64,000 nucleotides of DNA from Escherichia coli O127:H6 str. E2348/69 (GCF_000026545.1 NC_011601.1); one strand, 5' to 3'; shown: positions 22,991 through 34,542, numbered from the stretch's first letter. Notes: a model not told the origin generated them from the sequence alone. Made by a program: numbers and translations.

Positions 22991-23012
22991 TAATGTGATC
23001 GTAATCACAGTG
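22991..23012. promoter_or_regulatory. CRP binding site (consensus TGTGA-N6-TCACA) in ygcW/yqcE divergent promoter region
   Basis: TGTGATCGTAATCACA at 22994..23009 matches both CRP half-sites perfectly; a further TGTGA half-site follows immediately. Confidence 0.55.
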
Positions 23013-23115
23013 TGATGTTCGTATTGTCAAATAATTTAAAAAAGCAGAAGCGTGATTACTCTCACACAACACCTCTGCTTTCCATGTTATTTCTTATTGC
23101 AATTACTAGAGACCT

Positions 23116-23162
23116 GAGAAAAGTAATCCACCTGAAAGGGCGGCTTACTTTTCTCTTTTTTT
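23116..23162 (+). terminator. hairpin + U7 tract in the yqcE leader (terminator/attenuator-like)
   Basis: Perfect 11-bp stem GAGAAAAGTAA (23116..23126) / TTACTTTTCTC (23145..23155), 18-nt loop, then TTTTTTT (23156..23162), ending 24 nt upstream of the yqcE ATG. Confidence 0.45.
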
Positions 23163-23186
23163 GTCTATTACAAATGGGAATACGAT

Positions 23187-24464
23187 ATGCAACACAACTC
23201 ATATCGCCGTTGGATAACCCTCGCGATAATTAGTTTTAGCGGCGGCGTTAGTTTCGACCTGGCTTATTTACGTTATATTTATCAAATTCCCATGGCAAAA
23301 TTTATGGGATTCAGCAATACCGAGATAGGTTTAATAATGAGTACCTTTGGTATTGCGGCCATTATTTTCTATGCCCCTAGCGGCGTTATTGCCGATAAAT
23401 TTTCACATCGCAAAATGATTACTTCCGCGATGATCATTACCGGATTACTGGGTCTGTTAATGGCAACATATCCACCGCTGTGGGTAATGCTCTGTATTCA
23501 GGTCGCCTTTGCGATAACGACGATTTTAATGCTGTGGTCGGTGTCGATTAAAGCCGCATCGTTGCTGGGCGATCATAGCGAGCAAGGGAAAATTATGGGC
23601 TGGATGGAAGGGCTGCGCGGCGTCGGTGTAATGTCGCTGGCGGTGTTTACCATGTGGGTCTTTTCTCGCTTTGCACCGGATGACAGCGCCAGCCTGAAAA
23701 CGGTCATTATTATCTATAGTGTGGTTTACATTCTGCTGGGCATTTTGTGTTGGTTTTTTGTTAGCGATAACAACAATCTGCGCAGTGCCAATAACGAAGA
23801 AAAACAGTCATTCCAGCTTAGCGACATCCTGGCCGTTTTGCGCATCAGCACCACCTGGTATTGCAGCATGGTGATTTTTGGTGTCTTCACCATCTACGCC
23901 ATTCTGAGTTACTCCACCAACTATCTGACCGAAATGTACGGCATGTCGTTGGTGGCGGCGAGCTACATGGGGATTGTGATCAACAAAATCTTCCGCGCGC
24001 TGTGCGGCCCACTTGGCGGCATTATCACCACCTACAGTAAAGTGAAATCCCCTACCCGCGTGGTCCAAATCCTTTCCATCATCGGTTTGCTGGCGTTGAC
24101 AGCCCTGCTCGTCACGAACTCTAACCCGCAATCGGTCGCGATGGGGATTGGCCTGATTTTATTACTGGGATTCACCTGTTACGCCTCACGCGGGCTGTAC
24201 TGGGCCTGCCCTGGCGAAGCGAGAACACCGTCTTACATTATGGGCACCACGGTAGGTATTTGTTCGGTGATTGGATTTCTGCCGGATGTCTTCGTTTACC
24301 CGATTATCGGCTACTGGCAAGACACCCTGCCCGCTGCAGAAGCCTACCGCAACATGTGGCTAATGGGCATGGCGGCGCTTGGCATGGTGATCATCTTTAC
24401 CTTTTTGCTGTTCCAAAAAATTCGTACTGCTGATAGCGCCCCCGCAATGGCTAGCAGCAAGTAA
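23187..24464 (+). CDS. yqcE: MFS transporter
   Basis: 425-aa ORF, 12-TM-type hydrophobic profile. Confidence 0.82.
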   Translation: MQHNSYRRWITLAIISFSGGVSFDLAYLRYIYQIPMAKFMGFSNTEIGLIMSTFGIAAIIFYAPSGVIADKFSHRKMITSAMIITGLLGLLMATYPPLWVMLCIQVAFAITTILMLWSVSIKAASLLGDHSEQGKIMGWMEGLRGVGVMSLAVFTMWVFSRFAPDDSASLKTVIIIYSVVYILLGILCWFFVSDNNNLRSANNEEKQSFQLSDILAVLRISTTWYCSMVIFGVFTIYAILSYSTNYLTEMYGMSLVAASYMGIVINKIFRALCGPLGGIITTYSKVKSPTRVVQILSIIGLLALTALLVTNSNPQSVAMGIGLILLLGFTCYASRGLYWACPGEARTPSYIMGTTVGICSVIGFLPDVFVYPIIGYWQDTLPAAEAYRNMWLMGMAALGMVIIFTFLLFQKIRTADSAPAMASSK

Positions 24465-24490
24465 GCCAGGAAAATTACAGGAGAAAAATC

Positions 24491-25969
24491 ATGTCGAAAA
24501 AATACATCATAGGGATTGATGGCGGAAGTCAGAGCACAAAAGTGGTGATGTACGATCTGGAAGGTAATGTGGTTTGCGAAGGCAAAGGCTTATTGCAGCC
24601 GATGCACACGCCAGATGCCGATACCGCAGAACATCCTGACGACGATTTATGGGCATCACTATGTTTTGCCAGTCACGATTTGATGAGCCAGTTTGCCGGA
24701 AATAAAGAAGATATTGTCGGCATTGGCCTGGGCTCAATCCGTTGCTGCCGTGCGTTATTGAAAGCCGATGGTACGCCAGCCGCGCCGTTGATTAGCTGGC
24801 AGGATGCACGCGTTACACGCCCTTACGAACACACTAATCCTGACGTGGCCTATGTCACCTCTTTTTCGGGTTATCTGACACATCGCTTAACCGGCGAGTT
24901 TAAAGACAATATCGCCAACTATTTTGGTCAGTGGCCGGTGGATTATAAGAGCTGGGCATGGAGCGAAAATGCCGCGGTAATGGAAAAGTTTAATATCCCC
25001 CGCCAGATGCTTTTTGACGTGCAAATGCCAGGCACTGTTCTTGGGCATATCACACCACAAGCTGCGCTGGCGACACATTTCCCGGCTGGGCTGCCGGTTG
25101 TTTGTACCACCAGTGATAAACCGGTAGAAGCTCTGGGAGCCGGGTTACTGGATGATGAAACGGCGGTAATTTCTCTTGGCACCTACATCGCGTTGATGAT
25201 GAACGGCAAAGCACTGCCGAAAGATCCGGTCGCGTACTGGCCGATTATGTCTTCTATTCCGCAAACATTGCTGTATGAAGGTTACGGTATTCGCAAAGGC
25301 ATGTGGACGGTGAGCTGGCTGCGCGACATGTTAGGCGAGTCGTTAATTCAGGATGCCAAAGCACAGGATCTTTCACCGGAAGATTTGCTCAACAAAAAAG
25401 CGTCTTGCGTGCCACCTGGTTGTAATGGGCTGATGACGGTGCTGGACTGGCTGACCAATCCGTGGGAACCGTACAAACGCGGAATTATGATCGGCTTTGA
25501 TTCCAGCATGGATTACGCATGGATATATCGTTCGATACTGGAAAGCGTGGCGCTGACGCTGAAGAACAATTACGACAATATGTGTAATGAAATGAATCAC
25601 TTTGCAAAGCATGTGATCATTACTGGCGGCGGTTCGAACAGCGATCTGTTTATGCAGATTTTTGCCGACGTGTTCAACCTTCCGGCACGCCGTAACGCCA
25701 TTAATGGTTGTGCAAGTCTGGGGGCAGCGATCAATACGGCGGTAGGTCTGGGGCTATACCCGGATTACGCAACGGCTGTCGACAAAATGGTTCGCGTGAA
25801 AGATATCTTTATGCCTGTTGAGAGCAACGCCAAACGCTACGACGCGATGAATAAAGGCATTTTCAAAGACCTAACCAAACACACTGATGTGATCCTGAAA
25901 AAATCGTATGAAGTGATGCATGGGGAATTGGGGAATGCGGATTCGATCCAGAGCTGGTCGAATGCGTAA
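24491..25969 (+). CDS. ygcE: FGGY-family carbohydrate kinase
   Basis: 492-aa ORF with N-terminal IGIDGGSQSTK motif typical of FGGY sugar kinases. Confidence 0.85.
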   Translation: MSKKYIIGIDGGSQSTKVVMYDLEGNVVCEGKGLLQPMHTPDADTAEHPDDDLWASLCFASHDLMSQFAGNKEDIVGIGLGSIRCCRALLKADGTPAAPLISWQDARVTRPYEHTNPDVAYVTSFSGYLTHRLTGEFKDNIANYFGQWPVDYKSWAWSENAAVMEKFNIPRQMLFDVQMPGTVLGHITPQAALATHFPAGLPVVCTTSDKPVEALGAGLLDDETAVISLGTYIALMMNGKALPKDPVAYWPIMSSIPQTLLYEGYGIRKGMWTVSWLRDMLGESLIQDAKAQDLSPEDLLNKKASCVPPGCNGLMTVLDWLTNPWEPYKRGIMIGFDSSMDYAWIYRSILESVALTLKNNYDNMCNEMNHFAKHVIITGGGSNSDLFMQIFADVFNLPARRNAINGCASLGAAINTAVGLGLYPDYATAVDKMVRVKDIFMPVESNAKRYDAMNKGIFKDLTKHTDVILKKSYEVMHGELGNADSIQSWSNA

Positions 25970-26086
25970 GTGAGATAAACAGTGCCGGGTAGATGATTAA
26001 TCCCGGCATATTCACGTTTCCACCACAAAATACCGGGTAACCACTGCTGAATATTGTTCTCTCCTGAGTAGCGTTTATGCTTTAAT

Positions 26087-26113
26087 TGCTAAACCGATTT
26101 AATTAGTTTAGCA
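26087..26113. promoter_or_regulatory. putative ScrR operator upstream of scrK
   Basis: GCTAAACCGATTTAATTAGTTTAGC: inverted half-sites GCTAAAC / GTTTAGC ~25 bp upstream of the scrK start; shares the CTAAACC half-site with the palindromes upstream of scrY. Confidence 0.45.
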
Positions 26114-26133
26114 ATTAGTATATTGGAGCCTTT

Positions 26134-27054
26134 ATGAGCGCAAGAGTATGGGTACTCGGTGATGCGGTTGTTGATTTATTACCCGAAAGCCAGGGGAGAC
26201 TACTACAGTGTCCTGGCGGGGCGCCTGCTAATGTTGCAGTCGGTATCGCAAGGCTGGGGGGGAAAAGTGCCTTTATTGGCAAAGTTGGCGATGATCCTTT
26301 CGGTCGCTTTATGTATCAGACACTGAGTACAGAAAATGTTGATACACGTTATATGTCTCTTGATCCTCAACAACGCACCTCAATTGTGGCTGTAGGACTT
26401 GATGAGCAAGGAGAAAGAAACTTTACCTTTATGGTACGCCCAAGTGCCGATCTTTTTTTACAACCTGATGACCTTCCTACATTTGGGCCGGGTGAATGGC
26501 TCCATCTTTGTTCCATTGCGCTCAGTGCAGAACCTTCCCGAAGTACCGCATTTCTGGCTATGGAGAAAATACGTCAGGCTGGCGGAAACATCAGTTTTGA
26601 TCCCAATATCCGCAGCGATCTCTGGCAGAGTGAAGCGCTATTAAGAAAATACCTTGATCGCGCGCTTTCGCTGGCGAATATCGCTAAATTGTCCGAAGAA
26701 GAGTTGCTATTCATCAGTGGCGAAAGCCAGGTTCAGCAAGGCGCATATTCATTAGTACAACGTTATTCGTTGACTTTATTGCTTATCACACAAGGAAAAA
26801 ATGGCGTACTTGTGTATTTTCAGGGGCAGTTTATCCACTATCCCGCCAAACCTGTTTCTGTCGTCGATACGACCGGGGCAGGAGATGCTTTTGTCGCTGG
26901 ATTACTTGCAGGTCTGGCTGATTCTGGAATACCAACAAATACCAGACAGCTTGAACGAATCATTGCACAAGCTCAGATTTGTGGTGCTCTGGCGACCACG
27001 GCTAAAGGCGCGATGACCGCCTTACCCCGACAACACGATCTCCCTTCACAATAG
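26134..27054 (+). CDS. scrK: fructokinase (ROK/PfkB ribokinase-family)
   Basis: 306-aa ORF with GGAPANVA and C-terminal DTTGAGDAF motifs; first gene of a scr-type cluster. Confidence 0.85.
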   Translation: MSARVWVLGDAVVDLLPESQGRLLQCPGGAPANVAVGIARLGGKSAFIGKVGDDPFGRFMYQTLSTENVDTRYMSLDPQQRTSIVAVGLDEQGERNFTFMVRPSADLFLQPDDLPTFGPGEWLHLCSIALSAEPSRSTAFLAMEKIRQAGGNISFDPNIRSDLWQSEALLRKYLDRALSLANIAKLSEEELLFISGESQVQQGAYSLVQRYSLTLLLITQGKNGVLVYFQGQFIHYPAKPVSVVDTTGAGDAFVAGLLAGLADSGIPTNTRQLERIIAQAQICGALATTAKGAMTALPRQHDLPSQ

Positions 27055-27105
27055 TGATCCTGCTGTTGTATCTGTAACCCGATTTGTCGTGCCTGTCACA
27101 TTTAC

Positions 27106-27177
27106 TAAATCGGTTTAGCGAAAATAATTGCTCTGGCTAAAAAGTCAGCTTTATTATCAACACCTAAACCGGTTTAG
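27106..27177. promoter_or_regulatory. two putative ScrR operators in scrY promoter region
   Basis: CTAAATCGGTTTAG (27106..27119, near-palindrome) and CTAAACCGGTTTAG (27164..27177, perfect 14-bp palindrome), 45-115 bp upstream of scrY. Confidence 0.55.
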
Positions 27178-27197
27178 CATTTTAGCAATTTTTATAA

Positions 27198-28739
<1,542 letters not shown>

Positions 28740-28747
28740 TACCAGAC

Positions 28748-28770
28748 AGCCTCACGGATGTGAGGCTTTT
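28748..28770 (+). terminator. weak hairpin/partial terminator between scrY and scrA
   Basis: AGCCTCAC-GGAT-GTGAGGCT followed by only TTT; may attenuate rather than terminate. Confidence 0.3.
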
Positions 28771-28799
28771 ACTGAAATAACAATGAATTAGAGGGTTAT

Positions 28800-30170
28800 A
28801 TGGATTTCGATAAAATCGCCCAATCGTTGCTTCCTTTATTAGGTGGTAAGGAGAACATCGCCAGTGCAGCACATTGCGCCACTCGCCTACGGCTGGTACT
28901 GGTTGACGACACACTTGCCGATCAACATGCCATTGGCCAGATTGATGGAGTGAAAGGTTGTTTTCGTAATTCAGGGCAAATGCAAATCATCTTTGGCACC
29001 GGCGTGGTTAATAAAGTCTATGCTGCCTTTATTCAGGTTGCAGGTATTAGCGAATCCAGTAAAGCAGATACCGCTCGACTCGCCGCTCAAAAACTCAATC
29101 CTTTTCAGCGAATAGCACGGCTACTTTCTAATATTTTTGTCCCCATCATTCCAGCCATTGTTGCTTCTGGTTTATTAATGGGGCTCCTGGGAATGGTGAA
29201 AACATATGGCTGGGTGAATGCCGATAATGCGATTTATATCCTGCTGGATATGTGCAGTTCAGCCGCATTTATTATTCTCCCCATCCTTATTGGCTTTACT
29301 GCTGCTCGTGAATTTGGTGGAAATCCTTATCTTGGCGCGACATTAGGAGGGATTCTGACTCACCCGGCACTCACAAATGCCTGGGGCGTTGCTGCGGGAT
29401 TTCAGACAATGAACTTCTTCGGTTTTGAAATCGCCATGATTGGCTATCAGGGAACGGTTTTCCCCGTGCTTCTGGCAGTATGGTTTATGAGCATAGTGGA
29501 AAAACAGTTACGCAGGTTTATCCCTGATGCTCTGGATCTCATTCTGACGCCATTTCTGACTGTCGTCATTTCTGGCTTTATCGCTCTTTTGATTATTGGT
29601 CCGGCAGGACGAGCGTTAGGTGACGGTATCTCTTTCGTTCTCAGCACGCTGATTGCACACGCAGGCTGGTTAGCAGGGTTGTTATTCGGCGGGCTATATT
29701 CAGCGATTGTTATTACGGGTATTCATCATAGCTTCCACGCAATTGAAGCAGGACTTTTAGGTAACCCTGCAATCGGTGTTAATTTCCTGCTGCCTATTTG
29801 GGCAATGGCAAACGTTGCGCAAGGAGGTGCATGTCTGGCGGTATGGTTTAAAACCAAAGATACAAAAATTAAAGCAATCACCCTACCCTCGGCCTTTTCC
29901 GCAATGTTAGGGATTACTGAAGCCGCTATTTTTGGTATCAACCTTCGTTTTGTTAAACCTTTTATTGCGGCCTTAATTGGTGGCGCTGCCGGCGGTGCCT
30001 GGGTTGTCTCTGTTCACGTTTATATGACTGCCGTTGGTCTGACCGCAATACCCGGCATGGCAATCGTTCAGCCAACATCGTTGGTTAATTATATTATTGG
30101 AATGGTGATTGCTTTCGCTGTCGCTTTTAGCCTCTCTTTATTACTCAAATACAAAACGGACGAGGAGTAA
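28800..30170 (+). CDS. scrA: PTS sucrose-specific EIIBC component
   Basis: 456-aa ORF; N-terminal EIIB Cys motif (ASAAHCATRLR) followed by multi-TM EIIC domain. Confidence 0.88.
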   Translation: MDFDKIAQSLLPLLGGKENIASAAHCATRLRLVLVDDTLADQHAIGQIDGVKGCFRNSGQMQIIFGTGVVNKVYAAFIQVAGISESSKADTARLAAQKLNPFQRIARLLSNIFVPIIPAIVASGLLMGLLGMVKTYGWVNADNAIYILLDMCSSAAFIILPILIGFTAAREFGGNPYLGATLGGILTHPALTNAWGVAAGFQTMNFFGFEIAMIGYQGTVFPVLLAVWFMSIVEKQLRRFIPDALDLILTPFLTVVISGFIALLIIGPAGRALGDGISFVLSTLIAHAGWLAGLLFGGLYSAIVITGIHHSFHAIEAGLLGNPAIGVNFLLPIWAMANVAQGGACLAVWFKTKDTKIKAITLPSAFSAMLGITEAAIFGINLRFVKPFIAALIGGAAGGAWVVSVHVYMTAVGLTAIPGMAIVQPTSLVNYIIGMVIAFAVAFSLSLLLKYKTDEE

Positions 30171-31579
30171 TGTCGATGCCTTCACAAATGCCCGCGATTT
30201 TACAGGCAGTGATGAAAGGTCAGTCCAAAGCACTGGCAGATGCCCACTATCCTTGTTGGCATCTCGCTCCAGTCACCGGACTAATGAACGATCCAAATGG
30301 CTTTTGTTGGTCTGGAGGCCGCTATCATCTGTTTTATCAATGGAATCCACTGGCTTGTGATCATAAGTACAAATGTTGGGGGCACTGGAGTTCGACGGAT
30401 TTATTGCACTGGCAGCATGAACCATTAGCGCTAATGCCCGATAAAGAGTACGACCGTAATGGTTGTTACTCAGGAAGCGCGGTTAATAATCAGGGCGTTC
30501 TCACACTTTGCTATACCGGTAATGTTAAGTTTGATGATGGCAGCAGAACGGCATGGCAATGCCTGGCCACCGAAAATAACCAGGGCGGGTTTGATAAACT
30601 AGGCCCTGTCATACCGTTACCTGATGGTTACACCGGACATGTTCGTGATCCAAAAGTCTGGAAGCACAACAGCCAATGGTACATGGTGCTTGGCGCGCAA
30701 GATAAAGAGAAACGGGGGAAAGTGCTGCTGTATTCCTCTGTCGATCTCTATACCTGGTCTTTTCATGGAGAAATTGCTGGTAACGGTCTGAATGAAATAG
30801 ATAACGCAGGATACATGTGGGAATGTCCTGATCTTTTCGCCCTTGATGGTGAATACATTCTCCTCTGTTGCCCCCAGGGAATGGTGCGCGAACATGAGCG
30901 CTATCTGAATACTTATCCCTGCGCCTGGCTACATGGACAGTTTGATTACGAGACAGGCAAATTTACGCATGGCGCTTTCTCAGAGCTGGATGCGGGATTT
31001 GAATTCTATGCACCACAGACGATGGAAGCCCCGGACGGGCGACGATTGCTGGTCGGCTGGATGGGGGTTCCTGATGGCGAAGAGATGTTGCAGCCAACCA
31101 GAAAGCATCATTGGCAGCATCAAATGACCTGTTTTCGCGAACTCTCATTCCAGAAGGGAAAATTGTTTCAGATGCCAATCAGGGAACTCGCGCAACTGCG
31201 TGAAGCTGAACACTTCTGGCAAGGAAAAGCGGATCATGCGCCGCATGTCGAAATTGAACGCCTGGAAATGGACATCATTCCGTCGGGTGAGCTGTATCTG
31301 AATTTTGGCAATGCGCTGGCACTGCATCTTAATGACGATGGTATTCAACTACAGAGGAGAAGCCTTGCAGGGCAAGAGAAACTAACTCGTTACTGGCGAG
31401 GAAGCGTAACGTCACTGAAGATTCTCTGTGACAGTTCCAGCGTAGAGATATTCATCAATAATGGTGAAGGTGTAATGAGTAATCGTTATTTTCCCCATCA
31501 TCCAGCTTCGCTGATATTACAGGGTGAGTCTGACGTCACGTTACGCTACTGGTCGCTACGCGCCTGCATGGTAGAATGA
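30170..31579 (+). CDS. scrB: sucrose-6-phosphate hydrolase (GH32 invertase)
   Basis: 469-aa ORF with GH32 signature MNDPNG and downstream W(M)ECPD; start codon choice near 30170 uncertain. Confidence 0.88.
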   Translation: MSMPSQMPAILQAVMKGQSKALADAHYPCWHLAPVTGLMNDPNGFCWSGGRYHLFYQWNPLACDHKYKCWGHWSSTDLLHWQHEPLALMPDKEYDRNGCYSGSAVNNQGVLTLCYTGNVKFDDGSRTAWQCLATENNQGGFDKLGPVIPLPDGYTGHVRDPKVWKHNSQWYMVLGAQDKEKRGKVLLYSSVDLYTWSFHGEIAGNGLNEIDNAGYMWECPDLFALDGEYILLCCPQGMVREHERYLNTYPCAWLHGQFDYETGKFTHGAFSELDAGFEFYAPQTMEAPDGRRLLVGWMGVPDGEEMLQPTRKHHWQHQMTCFRELSFQKGKLFQMPIRELAQLREAEHFWQGKADHAPHVEIERLEMDIIPSGELYLNFGNALALHLNDDGIQLQRRSLAGQEKLTRYWRGSVTSLKILCDSSSVEIFINNGEGVMSNRYFPHHPASLILQGESDVTLRYWSLRACMVE

Positions 31580-31604
31580 GGGTTTTGAATTACGGATCCT
31601 CGTC

Positions 31605-32612
31605 GTGAGAAAAACCAAACGCGTTACTATTAAAGACATTGCTGAACTGGCGGGAGTGTCGAAAGCAACCGCCAGTCTGGTTCTCAATGGTCGTGGCAAA
31701 GAGTTACGTGTTGCGCAGGAAACGCGTGAGCGTGTGCTGAGTATTGCCCAACAGCAGCATTATCAGCCCAGCATTCATGCCCGCTCATTACGGGACAACC
31801 GCAGTCATACCATTGGTCTCGTCGTTCCTGAAATCACTAACTACGGATTTGCAGTATTTTCCCATGAACTGGAAACATTGTGTCGGGAAGCGGGCGTCCA
31901 GCTCCTCATATCCTGTACTGATGAAAATCCTTCACAGGAAACAATGGTGGTGAACAATATGATTGCCCGCCAGGTTGATGGGTTAATCGTCGCATCCAGT
32001 ATGCTGCATGATAATGACTATCAAAAACTTAGCGAGCAATTACCTGTTGTGTTGTTCGATCGCCACATGAACGGCAGTACATTGCCATTGGTCATTACTG
32101 ACTCTGTTTCTCCCACCGCCGCTCTGGTGGCAGATATTGCACGGAGTCACCCGGATGAATTCTATTTTCTGGGCGGACAACCCCGTTTGTCACCGACTCG
32201 CGATCGACTGGAAGGATTTACACAAGGCTTGCAGCAAGCCGGAGTAACGCTACAACCTGAATGGATTATTCACGGTAATTATCATCCGAGCTCAGGCTAT
32301 GAAATGTTTGCCGCGCTATGCGCTCGTTTAGGACGTCCCCCTAAAGCCTTATTCACTGCCGCTTGTGGATTACTGGAAGGCGTTCTGCGCTATATGAGCC
32401 AATATAATTTACTCGACAGTAAAATACACCTGGCGAGTTTTGATGATCATTACTTGTATGATTCACTTTCGGTAAGAATCGACACAATACAACAGGATAA
32501 TCGCCAACTTGCTTTTCACTGCTTTGAACTTATTTCGCAACTGATTGAAGGTGAAACGCCATCCCCATTACAGCGTTATCTTCCTGCCAGTCTACAAAAA
32601 CGCTACCGATAA
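31605..32612 (+). CDS. scrR: LacI-family transcriptional repressor of the sucrose regulon
   Basis: 335-aa ORF (GTG start) with N-terminal [26 protein letters not shown] and periplasmic-binding-protein-like effector domain. Confidence 0.85.
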   Translation: MRKTKRVTIKDIAELAGVSKATASLVLNGRGKELRVAQETRERVLSIAQQQHYQPSIHARSLRDNRSHTIGLVVPEITNYGFAVFSHELETLCREAGVQLLISCTDENPSQETMVVNNMIARQVDGLIVASSMLHDNDYQKLSEQLPVVLFDRHMNGSTLPLVITDSVSPTAALVADIARSHPDEFYFLGGQPRLSPTRDRLEGFTQGLQQAGVTLQPEWIIHGNYHPSSGYEMFAALCARLGRPPKALFTAACGLLEGVLRYMSQYNLLDSKIHLASFDDHYLYDSLSVRIDTIQQDNRQLAFHCFELISQLIEGETPSPLQRYLPASLQKRYR

Positions 32613-32628
32613 TCCCGTCACTATCTTG

Positions 32629-32660
32629 CATCGCCCCTGTAAAACGGGGCGATTATTTTC
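32629..32660 (+). terminator. intrinsic terminator after scrR
   Basis: ATCGCCCC-TGTAAAAC-GGGGCGAT hairpin followed by TATTTTC. Confidence 0.6.
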
Positions 32661-32696
32661 ATCCTGAACGTTAAATATTAATGATGAATAATCAAA

Positions 32697-33368
32697 TCAG
32701 GCAATATTCAAATATTTATGTGTCTGCATCGACAAACGCCAGTTGCGCGCAATGCAGGTATCGATACATAAACGCGTAGCATCTTCCTTCTGGCTAATTG
32801 GCTGAAGTGCAATGACTCGCGGTTTATCATCGGTCAGCGTCGCAAGCAATTCATCCAGTGCTTCGATATCACGTACGCGTCCAACTGGGTGTTTGATTTC
32901 GTTAGCTCGCTCCAGGGCTTGCGACAATACTTCATAGCCGCCGCGCATGTTCAGCTTTGGCGATACGGTAACCCAGGTATTCGGTGTGCAGCGTACCTCA
33001 TGAGTACCACTGGTTTCGATCTGGCAGCTAAAACCGTTCTTTTCGAGCAGGTCAGTCAGTGGCAGCAAATCATGAATGCAAGGCTCACCACCCGTAATCA
33101 CCACGTGACGCGCGGTGTATCCCTGACGGCCAATGACAGCCAGCAAATCTTCACTGCTCGCCGCCCCCCACTTATCACTCTCTTTGGTCTTCGCCAGAAT
33201 GCTGAAAAGGGAGACTTCCCGATCCTCAAGCTTTTCCCAGGTGTGTTTGGTGTCGCACCAGGCACAGCCAACCGGACATCCCTGTAAACGAATAAAAATG
33301 GCGGGGACGCCGGTAAAGTAACCCTCACCTTGCAGGGTCTGGAACATCTCGTTAATCGGGTACTGCAT
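32697..33368 (-). CDS. queE: 7-carboxy-7-deazaguanine synthase (radical SAM)
   Basis: 223-aa ORF with radical-SAM Cys cluster (CPVGCAWCDTKH). Confidence 0.9.
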   Translation of the reverse strand: MQYPINEMFQTLQGEGYFTGVPAIFIRLQGCPVGCAWCDTKHTWEKLEDREVSLFSILAKTKESDKWGAASSEDLLAVIGRQGYTARHVVITGGEPCIHDLLPLTDLLEKNGFSCQIETSGTHEVRCTPNTWVTVSPKLNMRGGYEVLSQALERANEIKHPVGRVRDIEALDELLATLTDDKPRVIALQPISQKEDATRLCIDTCIARNWRLSMQTHKYLNIA

Positions 33369-33661
33369 AGCATTCTCTGTGAAGTGGATAATTGTTAATT
33401 ATTGCAGATCTCGCCGCAATATTCATGCTTTATTAACATTCTGTTACAGGCAGGTTTAAAGAAAAAAGCGAAACATATCGTTAATAATAAAAGGGAGTGA
33501 CATATTATGTCAGAAAGAAATAAAGTAAAGGGATTTTATCATGTCAAAAACATTCACCATAATTATATTTATCTTTTCTGTATTCATTTTTAATTATAAC
33601 GAATCTCAAATTACCGATACCGCCGTCAATTTATTTATCCAGCTTTAATAGGACATTTATA

Positions 33662-34534
33662 ATGCGCTATTTCATACTAATATTCACACTCGTGTGTTCC
33701 TTTGTTGCAGCCCAACCAACTATTGTCCCACAATTACAGCAACAAGTTACGGATCTTACGAGTAGCTTAAACTCACAAGAAAAGAAAGAACTGACGCACA
33801 AGTTAGAATCTATTTTCAATAATACCCAAGTACAAATTGCTGTATTAATTATTCCCACAACCAAAGACGAGACAATTGAACAATATGCTGCAAGGGTTTT
33901 TGACAATTGGCGTTTAGGAGATGCCAAACGCAATGATGGGATACTGATCATTGTTGCCTGGTCGGATCGCACTGTCCGCATCCAGGTAGGTTATGGGCTG
34001 GAAGAAAAGGTAACCGATGCTCTGGCTGGCAATATCATCCGTAGCATCATGATACCCGCATTTAAACAACAAAAATTAGCTAAGGGATTAGAGTTAGCTA
34101 TAATCGCTTTGAATAACCAACTCACTTCACAACACCAATATTCGTCTAATCCTTCAGAAAGTGAATCAGCGTCTTCCAGTGATCATTACTACTTTGCTAT
34201 TTTTTGGGTATTTGCAGTGATGTTCTTCCCTTTCTGGTTTTTTCATCAAGGCAATAATTTTTGTCGGGCATTTAAAAGCAGTGTTTGTATTTCAACAGTC
34301 TATCTTATAGATTTATTCCTGTTCTCCGATCAAACTTTTTCCATTGCTGTATTTTCCTTCTTTTTTGCTTTCACCACCATTATGGTCTTTACCTGTTTAT
34401 GTGTACTTCAGAAAAAAGCATCTGGTAGAAGTTATCATTCAGACAACAGCGGTTCCGGTGGTGGCTCAAGTGGCGGCGGATTTAGCGGCGGGGGCGGTTC
34501 TTCTGGCGGTGGCGGCGCGTCCGGTCGCTGGTAA
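33662..34534 (+). CDS. ygcG: TPM-domain membrane protein with Gly/Ser-rich C-terminal tail
   Basis: 290-aa ORF: signal peptide, TPM-like region, hydrophobic segments, tail [27 protein letters not shown]. Confidence 0.8.
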   Translation: MRYFILIFTLVCSFVAAQPTIVPQLQQQVTDLTSSLNSQEKKELTHKLESIFNNTQVQIAVLIIPTTKDETIEQYAARVFDNWRLGDAKRNDGILIIVAWSDRTVRIQVGYGLEEKVTDALAGNIIRSIMIPAFKQQKLAKGLELAIIALNNQLTSQHQYSSNPSESESASSSDHYYFAIFWVFAVMFFPFWFFHQGNNFCRAFKSSVCISTVYLIDLFLFSDQTFSIAVFSFFFAFTTIMVFTCLCVLQKKASGRSYHSDNSGSGGGSSGGGFSGGGGSSGGGGASGRW

Positions 34535-34542
34535 CTCAACCA

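Noticed and set aside
25983-26006. Hairpin GCCGGG...CCCGGC after ygcE as a terminator
   Set aside because: No convincing U-tract follows; too weak to call.
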